NCBI GenBank assembly: GCA_964016885.1
Contig: OZ024747.1
Coordinates: 37,696,001-37,760,000, forward strand
Direction: 5' to 3'
Source of the DNA: Eledone cirrhosa
Taxonomy: Eukaryota
DNA length: 64,000 nt
Part shown: positions 53,893 to 64,000 of the stretch, piece by piece
Layout of the letters: every line of letters starts with the position of its first letter
Numbering within the stretch: the stretch's first letter is position 1
The notes under the pieces: model-generated
What the model saw: the letters and a program-made list of their open reading frames with translations, nothing else
What the model was told of the DNA's origin: nothing
Databases searched by the model: none
Position numbers and translations under genes: made by a program

Positions 53893-55949
53893 GTAAGTTA
53901 AAATAATTAATCTCTTTAAGGAAACTTCCTTTGAATTCTGCTTCTTTACCAAATCATGCTGAGTGTTAATCTGATACCTGAGGCAACATTTGATAATACA
54001 CACGTTTCTAAACCAACTGTCATACAAATGATGCTATAAGGCATATACATCAGTAAATGTCTCTGCAAAGTATTTAAATTGATAATGGCATTCTCAGGAC
54101 GTGAACAGTGACAATCAATATTATATTTTGTATCTCTTGCAGAAATGGCCTTCCAGGTTTCTGGTCCAACTATCTTTCATTTCCATATTTTTCCATTCTA
54201 AGTGCATCGACAATTGGGGAACGTTTCTTGAGCCACTTTTAGACTCCTTTGCGGTATTTTTCCGTCTCATTTCTCTGTAAGTTCAAATTCCGCCGAGGTC
54301 AACTTTACCGTTCATCCATTGGAGGTTGATAAAAAAGAACCAGTCCTGTACTGGAGTCGATTCTTCCTCTACATTTCTTTTTCCCTTCTCTCTCTACCTC
54401 CCAATCCTTCGCTGGAAGACATTCTGCTGTATTCAAACCTGGAGAAGGGTGGGCTCCGCGAGGCTTAACATGCCCAAGAAACGCTGTATGTATAGTTACG
54501 GAACTATACATACAAACCCCATATTTGATTATGTCGTACTCCCTTGTGACCAATAAAATAAGTCATTATTTATATTTACAATGGCTGTGGATTGGCAGTA
54601 TAAATAAAGCGTCGAGACACATAGTTTGTAGCACATAGTTAACGCCTCTTTATGTTCTGAGTTAAAATCCCGCCGAGGTTAGATTTGTCTTTCATCCTTA
54701 CGGGATCGATAAAATAAAGTACCAGTAACGCACTGGAATCGATTTAATCGATTTTTCTTACACCCAAAATTGCTGGCTTTGTGCCTAAATCAAAAACCAT
54801 TATTATTTATATTTACAAGGGCGGTGTATTGGCAGAATTGTTAGAGCAATGGACACAATGCTTGGCAGTATTTAGTTACGAAATTTTGTTGAGTTCAAAT
54901 TTTGCTGACGTCAACTTTACCATCCATCCTACCGGGTCGATAATTAAAGTAGAAGTTCAGGACTGGGGTCAATATAATTGACTTTCCCTTCCCTCCAATG
55001 CTCAGAAAGAATCATTTTTATTTTCTGTTGTGTACTGAAAACGTCTCTAATTTTCACCCCGCTAATTTGGATTATCAAATGGTTTTGCTAGAAGGAACAT
55101 ATATATTCATTTTCTTACCGTTTTTGACTTTTGGGAAAAAAAGGCTTTTTATTGGGATTATTTTTTATTTCGATGGTACTTCATGTGTTACTTGTGCGTT
55201 ATGTTATCGACCTCTTAAAGATGAAAGGCAAAGCTTAACCTCGGTTGGATTTGAACTCAGACCATGAAGAGACGTAACTGTATACCACAAAACATGTCTG
55301 ACGCTCTGCTATTCTGCCAATCTACCGTGCTTAATAACTGTCTCTACTTTTGGTACAAGGCCAGCAATTTCTCCAGTACATTACTAGTACTTTATTTTAT
55401 CGACCCCGTAAGGATGAAAGGAAAAGCTAACCTCGACAGGATTTGAAATCAGACCGCAGAGCGCTGTAACTCTATGCTGCAAAGCATGGCGTCCGACCCT
55501 CTACCCATACTTCCAATCCACATCCCTTAATAATGTAAGAAATTATAAAAAGGTAATAAATCCTTGCTGAAATCATATGATATCAATGCAGATTAAAATA
55601 TATATTTTATAATATATTTCATATATTTCTTCATCGTTGATGTAATCACATAAACCTTAGCTCATTATTTTCTAATTAGACTCGTTTATTTTCTTTTAGA
55701 TTTTATTATTCAACAGTTTTCCTATGTATTTTCTTTATTGCTAATTACCTTCAACAGACAATATATTGTTCTAAACTAAAGTCAAAGTTCAACTCGAATC
55801 CTCCCACGTCCCTCTCCCCCAAACATTAATTAGTGTCAATATTCAGAAGTGATATGCGTAACGTGTTTATGAGTAATTACTAACACTTTTACTGATACAT
55901 GCTACGGGCATACGATGAAATATTAATGAACAGCTACCAATAAAAAACA

Positions 55950-55990
<41 letters not shown>

Positions 55991-57279
55991 TATACACATA
56001 GTCACATACAGACACATGTATATATGCATATACATACATATACAGGCACATACAAATATACATATACCAACACACATACAGACACACACATGCATATACA
56101 GACGCACATTCACAGATAGTCTCTCATCCCCCTCACAATAATAACTAAAGAGAAAGATAACTAAAAACATTCTTGGGTATCAATTATTTATGATTCTAAC
56201 CATAATATTTGTTTGGTAGATGTTCTGACGCTAATCTGCATTACTGAATGTATAAAATACAAAATAATTATGAAAAAAAAAGTCACACAAAAATATTAAA
56301 CAAAAGAACAGAAAATAGAAACGTTTAAAGTCGTGTTATGATTTTACTTTGAGGTTCTGTTCAATGACCTATTTATATATCATAAATAGCTATTCTCCGC
56401 GTTACGGAAACGTGGCCTTCCTAAAAATCTTGCCGTTACGTGAAACATGTTCTCCCTCTCTGTCTCTCTCTTTTGGCGTTCCTGCTATTTATTTAATATA
56501 TTTATATAGGAAGGGGCCGAAACTCCCCCAGAGTCTCTTAATAGCCTGATGAGACATCGGCTTCTGCATTCGAAGACTGAGTATAGCACCACCTCAGCAC
56601 AAATTTGTGTTTACCAACCGCGCACGCGCGTGTTTTGCTGGAATTCAGCTGCCGAAACTAGATTGAGCAGAAACAATATAGAAAGACCCAAAATTAATCT
56701 CAAACATCGCTACTCCCATAGAACGGGCCCAGACGATAAAGGGGAGCGTTCTCTGGCGTGTGGGAGCTCAGCCGCAGGGCACCCCCAACAAAATGGAGGA
56801 AACGTTGCCCTGGAGCAAGATTAAAGAGTTGCGTTGGAATAGAAATTCTAGATTGATTTTCATGCCATAAATTTAGATACGTTTTGATAAAATTAAAAAA
56901 TATATAAACAAGAGTAAATAAAAGCAAGAACAACAAAAGCGAAGACAAAAATAAAACAAAAACAATACAACCATTTTTATGCGTGAAAATTATTTTAAAC
57001 ACACAAACTCAGTGCACTATATGTGCATAAAATCTTTTGAAGAATAATACATTAGAGAATAAATAACAAATGTAATATCGTAATAAAATACGTCCTTACT
57101 ACCAACAAATATTAACTGGTGTGTGAGAGATGGTATAATGAGAGTTGCTGGTGATGGGGGATGGGTGATATTATCTTCTGTCCTGCAGTTCATCATCATC
57201 ATCATCTGCTTGAGGAATAAAGAACCTATCTAAAGTTGCTTGAATTATTGTATTATACGGCACACTATCTATTTGTATA

Positions 57280-57502
57280 CCTCAAAAGCTCCTATGGCCA
57301 GATGGGGCTACAAGACCGGCCCAACCATCTGCGAATGCGGAGAGGAGGACCATACGATGCAGCACTGCCTTATTTTCCCCCTACTACCCAATTAGTGCAG
57401 CTTAAAAGATCTCGCAGAATTTAATAATAATGCAAAGGTCTGTGTAAATAAATGGGAAACTGTCATATAACCACATGCTTCGAAGATACGAAAAGAAGAA
57501 GT
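57280..57502 (+). pseudogene. 3' end of Ingi/Vingi-like LINE (zinc knuckle and short tail)
   Basis: MARWGYKTGPTICECGEEDHTMQHCLIFP...DL...KW; tail aagaagaag. Confidence 0.7.
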
Positions 57503-57654
57503 GTAGGGAATGAGCTCATCTGTTAGACACGCAGTGACTAACAACAGAATGTTTTAAGTCTGCGTGTCTGACATATATGCGTAGCTTGTGAATAAAAAAT
57601 TCAAGGGGTGTCGCTGGCCGTGGTGATGATCGCTGCCAAACATGTTTTGTAATG

Positions 57655-57883
57655 TATCGTCTTATTGGCTAATTTCATCATCTTATTGGCTAATCAACCA
57701 ACGAGAGTAATTGTTGCTCAAAAGCATCCGCCATTTTGTTTGCACGTTTATTTATCGTTTCGCTTTCGAATCTTCCTCATGTATTTCGTCGTTTAACATC
57801 AAAATATTTTTCTCGTTTTGGTAAGTTATATTGTTAATTTATATATGATTTTTAAAAATTTATATTAACTATTTTTTTTTCAG
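57655..57883 (+). promoter_or_regulatory. Candidate Pol II promoter/first exon: two inverted CCAAT boxes, YY1-like motif, short intron
   Basis: tcttattggctaat twice (57660-57694), CCGCCATTTT (57728-57737), GTAAGT at 57821, T-tract plus CAG ending 57883. Confidence 0.45.
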
Positions 57884-58274
57884 TTCGTTATAACATGCTT
57901 ATAATATTGGTTGAATCATATTTACTTGTATATTTGTCCATATTATTGTTCGTTTTATGTTAGATTATTTTATTATTATTATGTTAGATTATGTTTTTTA
58001 TTATTATGTTAGACTATTTGTATGTAATATTTAATTTTTATTAATTCAACTATAACAATTATTATGTAAAATATATTTATTTAATATTGATTGTTTTTTG
58101 TAGCTGTTTATATTAAAAGTCTGAAAATATTTTTATACATCTTACAATAATATTTATAAGATCATTTATAAAATAACAAGTATATAATCTAATTACATTA
58201 CAAATGATAATTTATTATTAATATATATCTTGTTTAACTAGAGTTATTACAAGCGTTGCCTTAAACAAATATTA

Positions 58275-58722
58275 AACTAGACCTGAAAAATGCGCAAGCT
58301 CAAAAGAGCCACAGAATGTTATAATAAACCTTCAAAAGTGTGGGACTAGAGTTGTTGCTCAAAAATATTGTAATCATTATCTATCGTACACTCTGTGGCA
58401 TCCTTTTATAAAAAAGAGACTCATAACGAACTCAAGACGACACGATAATTATTTAAGTGGATTTATAATATAGAATTCGTTTTAAGTGCATTTCGTATTA
58501 ATCATTACTAAACATCTAATATGAGATATTGAACATTAGCTTAAATAATTATCGCGTCGGCTTGAGTTCGTTATGAGTCTCTTTTTTATAAAAGGATGCC
58601 ACAGAGTGTACGATAGATAATGATTACAATATTTTTGAGCAACAACTCTAGTCCCACACTTTTGAAGGTTTATTATAACATTCTGTGGCTCTTTTGAGCT
58701 TGCGGATTTTTCAGGTCTAGTT
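58275..58722. repeat. Near-perfect inverted repeat, 183-bp arms, 82-bp spacer
   Basis: 58275-58457 is the reverse complement of 58540-58722 with about 3 mismatches. Confidence 0.92.
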
Positions 58723-60189
58723 ATAAATTCCTTGTGTAATTCACGATTACGATCTTTTCCACCAGAAAAATGCAGGTATTAGGTATTTCTTTATAACTGT
58801 TAACACTTTAGAAGTTTTCTTCTGAAGTCAGCTTATGTGTGTTGGAAGAAGCTTCTAATAATGGTTTCTGATTTAGGCACAAGGCTAATGTTTAGGGGAG
58901 TAGGAAAGTTGATTAAACTAACCCTATTCTTGCTCTGTAGCTGGCACTGTTCGAACAGAATCAGCTCCTCAGAAAGCTTCTTTATGGTTCACTGGTAAAT
59001 GAATCACATCACCGTTTACGATTACTTCAAGCTCGTCATCGTTTGCCAATATCATATCTTTCTAAATTCGATGTAGAATTTATGCTTGTAGAACATTTGA
59101 AAAGTCACGGATACACCGTTTATCTACCTTTGTCCAAACGCCATTGTTAGCTGAGGAATTCAGTTTATGATTAGGCGTGTAAGCAGCAATTTGTGCATAC
59201 GCTATTCTTCGTGTTCTAATTGAATGTGGTAAGAAACTCTTTGGGGAGCCAGACAGCAGGAGGTTTTCAGTGAAGAAACTCAACTCAAGCAAGTGTTTCG
59301 GCCCTCAACTTCTAACACTCTAAGGGTACCGGGCTGCATCCAGATCATGGCTCATGGATAACCTTCTAATGACATTTAGCCATTCGGATCTCGGAGAATT
59401 GTGTACCTAAACCGTATGGAGAATGTTATACAGTAGAAAAAAGTCCAATGTGTAGCATTATGAAATCCAAGGAAAGCTAGTATGCGATGTAAAAGTTGGC
59501 ATTATACTTTGACACAAAATGTATTTCCTTCTAAATTGAATGAATTAACCACAACGAGCTACAGGCGGTTAAAGCAATTTCCTGTTTTTAATGTATTTCT
59601 TAATTAGATAAACTTTGGAGTAATTGTGAAAGAGCTGGCACAAGTATTCATGCGGTTTGTGAGTATAAATTACTTGACCGAGTGTTATAGTAGTAAGCTA
59701 AGTGTATCAGCGACAATAGTTATCGGAAATAAAGCTATGTGTGTTGCATTAATTACACAGATTTATATTTCAAACATGAAACCATTTTTTATAAGCTGTG
59801 TTCAGATTGGAATTGCTTTTCTGTGTGGACATGTAAACAAAACTGTAGCCCGACGGTTATCTTCCATCAATTGTAAACTAAATGTGTTTGGAGTTGTTCT
59901 TGCGGTGAGGTGGAGGTCACCATTTTTAGCGGAAGAAATTCTAGGGAAAATTTTTGTAATTAACCCAAGTTAACCAGGAATCTCTAAAATTCTTCTCACC
60001 AAAGTTAACAAAGAATTTTTGGACCTACCAACTCATAATATGATAATATTATAACATTAAATCATAAATTTTTTAAAACTACTAGTTAAGTCATTCATTT
60101 CCTTTTTTTTCAAATATATATATGCAAGACCCAAGATATATAAAAATATATATAAACAAATATATATACAAATATATATACAAATATAT

Positions 60190-61917
60190 ATAAACAAAAC
60201 CCAAGAATGAAAAAAAGCCCTTGAAACACAGAAAATAATCAAAACCAAAAGACAACCGAAATCACTGAAAACATTACTCACCAATGCCAAATTACCTACC
60301 ACAAACCCACACCCAACTGTAAAAAAATGTGGTCGCTCTAATTGTGGAACCTGCACTCACCTCATTGAAGGCAACACGTATACATTTAAATCAGGACAAA
60401 ATTTTGCTGTAAAGAAATCACTTCACTTGCTCATCAAAAAATCTAGTTTATGCCATTAAATGTAAAGGATGCAACGAAGATTATATAGGACAAACTAAAC
60501 TCACACTCAGAAACAGAATGACAGTTCATCGCCAACAATTACGAGATTCAACCACGAGACAGATACCACTAAGCGCACATCTAGACATATGCGCAAGTAA
60601 TAAGACACCCAAATTCCAAGTCTTCCCATTTTACCTTTGCGCTAACAATGCAACAGAACAAATACGAATAAATAAGGAAAATATGTTTATTGAAAAATAT
60701 AGACCAGCATTAAATATGGTTTAATATACATTATGTCAACACCATAACATGCTAACCATCCAAACAGACACATACACACATACATAACACCTGCTACTTT
60801 AGAAAATAAAAATCCGAACTAAATAAAACTTAACATACGTTTGCACTGACAATACAACAGAACAAATACGAATAAGCAACGAAAATATGTTCATTCAAAA
60901 ATATTCCTACTAAAGGAATCATTTTCCTACACACACACACACAATATATATATATTCTCTTCATCTTAACATGCTAACCATAATCCCACACACACATAAC
61001 ACCCATACACACACATAACCCCCCCCCACACACAACTCCCTCCCCCATTTCTACTAATAGAATCACTTTCCTACACACATATATACACACACAAAATATA
61101 TATATTCTCTCCATTTTAACATACACCCACACACACACACACACACATAACACCCATATACACACACACACAACTCCCTCCCCCATTTTTACTAATAGAA
61201 TCATATTCCAATACACACACAAGCACACAAATAAACATACATATCTTTACTTTCTTTATTTCAATAGAAAATCTGAATTCTGACACCCCAGCGAACTAAG
61301 CATATTCACTGAACCAGAACAATTCTCCCATCCCATTTCTCTTGACCATTATCTTTTGCTTGCCATAAAATTCACTAAAAAGGCTACATAATAGATTTCC
61401 AAATAAGGGCGCGAAATGTAATGAAAACTTGTTCACGTGACAACCATAATTTCATTTATAACCAATCAAATTACGTTTATTAAAAAAAGCCTTCGTGAGC
61501 CCCCTTTTTTTAAGTAAAAAGAAATTCAAACACTCATATATGAAAAAACACCCTAAGCCCCCCCCCCCTTGTTTGAAGAACTTTGTAACGCGAACTGGCG
61601 CGAAATTTATTATAATTATTGACCAACCAATCAAATTACTTCTCTAAAAACCTGGCGTTTCGAGCCACTTTTTTCCATATAAAACAAATAACATTCAAAG
61701 ACCAACCAGATGTGAGAAAAACCACAGACCCTCCATCTCAACTCTACTTTTGAAAAGCAGAACTGCGAAACCGGTAAAGGAACCAAATAAATATATATAT
61801 TTTTTTAAAAATAAGACTCCAGTTGCATTTTCGATTTCATCTTTTTTTCTTTATACTTTCACTCGTGTAGGACACCTCGGTTATTTTTTATTTTGTAAAA
61901 AAAACCTCACTTTCTAA
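60190..61917 (+). mobile_element. 5'-truncated PLE family C copy (GIY-YIG + pLTR)
   Basis: Collinear with 21870-23607; frameshifted. Confidence 0.93.
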
Positions 61918-62009
61918 TATATATATATATAGTGATAATAATAAATTTGAACGGGATCTTCTGAACTAACAAAATCAATCTGTAAACGCAGAAGTGGATA
62001 TTTTAAAGA

Positions 62010-63255
62010 ACTCCTTGTTCCGTGATATTGATTCGGAAGTCGAGGAGGGCAAGTGACCCGTCGTCGTTGGGGTGTTCAACACTGAAATCAATGTTCTCGT
62101 CCGTGTTGTTGAACGTCTCAAAGATTCTGTTCGCCATGTCTTGGGAAGATGTGAGGATGAGGATATCGTCCACGTACCTTGAGAAAAAGGCGACGGCGTT
62201 GGGGTGGCAGGCGTTGAGTGCCTTGCGTTCGAGGCTGTCCATGTATGAGATCGCTAGCACACCCGCCAGGCTTGAGCAGTCCCGAGGTTTGCTGGTATGT
62301 TTGGTCGAGGAATCCGAAGTATGTGTTGTCATCGACGATGGATAGGAGTTGGTGGATGTCAGTGGTGGTGATCCCGAAGCAGTGTAGGTCGGTGGATTGG
62401 ACGCGTTCCATCAATATATTAATGGCCGAGAGTGTCGGGACGGAGGTGTAGAGATCGACTACATCAAGGCTGAAGGCATATCTGTTAGCCTTTCTGGTGT
62501 CGGGATCCATTTGATGCAGGCACTCCAACACCTCCTCGGAGCTGTTTACCTGTCCCGGCAAGGTGTCTAAATGGGTTTGAGTATTCTGGCTAGGAGCCAT
62601 GAAATTTTGTAGAGCGGTCCTTCCACGATCGATACTATGGGTCTGATCTTCAGGTCGGGTCCCTATTTGTGTGTTTTCACGAGGTGGTAGAAGGTGGGTA
62701 GTCTGCTGTTCCTTGTGAGGAGGTTGTATCTCAGCTTCTTCGGGAGCTTCCGCAGGTCGCAGATGTTGGTCCAGGCGGCGTTGATGTGCTCCTCTATCTG
62801 CGCGGGAGTGACTCCCGTGACCTTGGAGTAGAGGTTGTCAGCGTAAAGGTGTTGGAGGGCCAGGGTGTTGTAGGCCTCTCTGCTGATGACGCAGAATTCT
62901 TTTCCCTTGACGACTATCATTGCATTTAGATACAGTGAATGATTGGTCTTTGTTGTTAAGGTCAAACTTTGCTTTGTTAGTAATTGCTTCAAATTTTTCG
63001 ACTGTCTTTTACTAAGAGTCAAAGCTCGGTCTGTGACTAAACCTTTTAATTCATTACTTTGTGTAATGATCGGTCGGTTTGCTTTGGCAGTGTTGAAGAT
63101 ATTCTGGTGACATGGGTTGTGTGTCATTATAAATGGTATGACTAGTTCTTGGTTTCTTCTTCCTTGGGTTGTCCTAAGTTGTTGTATAGGTATTTTTATA
63201 GCCAGCTGTATGCCATTTTCTATAAGTAGAGATGGGTATTTTTGTTTGAGAGATG
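62010..63255 (-). mobile_element. Fused PLE fragments: family A RT (about 62025-62905) joined to the thumb region of another PLE (about 62905-63255)
   Basis: 62025-62905 is collinear with 915-1808 (FFSRYVDDI); upstream piece YPSLLIENGI..VIPFIMTHNP..SKRQSKNLKQLLT. Confidence 0.88.
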
Positions 63256-63399
63256 AGTAGTACAAAATTACCATTCCCAGATATAATGGTAATCAACATC
63301 AGATATAGGTAAGATTAGTGAAGTGACCCTGGATAGAGTAATACTTGAACTTAATAGCAAAGCTAAGGTCTATCTCTGGAGCAACACCGACCAGGTCAT

Positions 63400-64000
63400 T
63401 AATTGGTTCACCGAGTTGCCTGATAAAACAACTCTAAAGTTCATCCAGTTTGGCATAGACAGCTCTATGTCTCTATCTCCTCCATACTCTTAAACAAGGC
63501 CCTTATCTTAGTTAGGTCTAACACTAGCCTCACTAAAAAAGAGATAGAGATAGTACTAGCAGCGCGTAGAACAATTATCCATTTCGAGGGCTCCCTTTGG
63601 ACCAGAACCAACCGTCCTGATAACTTCGATATCACGATAGGGTCCAGTGACTCACCGCAAGTGACCGACCTGGTTGGAATATACCTCCTCCATAGACCTA
63701 GGGACGAGATACCGGTCTTACAAGGAGGTGTATATGGGGACGACGCCCTATTTACCGTTAGAAACCATAGCCCCCGCAGGATAGAGAACCTTATCAAGCG
63801 CGTACACATGTTCTTCAAGTCATACGACCTATCCGTGACTATAGACCTCAACCACCAGATAGTCAACTTCCTGGACGTGACCCTGGTGTTGGGTACGGGC
63901 CTCTACAAGCCGGTGAGATTCTATCATATATTAATTATGCATCCAACCACCCTAAGTCTACTCTCAACTCCATAGCATATCCCATCATAGGACGAAAGTT
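63400..64000 (+). pseudogene. PLE RT fragment of a further family, running off the window
   Basis: NFDITIGSSDSPQVTDLVGIYLL, GVYGDDAL, IVNFLDVTL. Confidence 0.85.

Noticed and set aside
54142-54280. Second CARD exon after the ttgcag acceptor (also considered 58941-59150)
   Set aside because: Translations lack the expected LP.RGP.AF-type CARD C-terminal pattern and run into stops or SINE sequence.

Overview
AT-rich eukaryotic (metazoan) DNA, almost entirely retroelement debris separated by (TA)n/(CA)n/(TACA)n microsatellites. The microsatellite style and Nin/Deu-domain tRNA-SINEs suggest a mollusc, probably an octopus (inference). Most long ORFs in the ORF track are microsatellite artefacts. 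Recognisable content: at least six families of Penelope-like elements (PLE; RT plus C-terminal GIY-YIG), a near full-length RTE-type LINE, CR1-, CRE-, R4/Dong- and Ingi/Vingi-type LINE relics, non-autonomous Helitrons, mariner-type MITEs and many SINEs. One probable host exon encodes the N-terminal half of a CARD domain (53758-53892). The main signal not shown by the ORF track is RNA-level: about 20 hammerhead ribozyme (HHR) motifs in PLE pseudo-LTRs, read by eye. They include two copies with a non-circularly permuted strand order (3166-3229, 3834-3897) and a family with a U3-A8 core swap. Most HHR-bearing inserts are fold-back (inverted-repeat) structures embedded in (TA)n. No folding software or database searches were run, and repeat boundaries are approximate.
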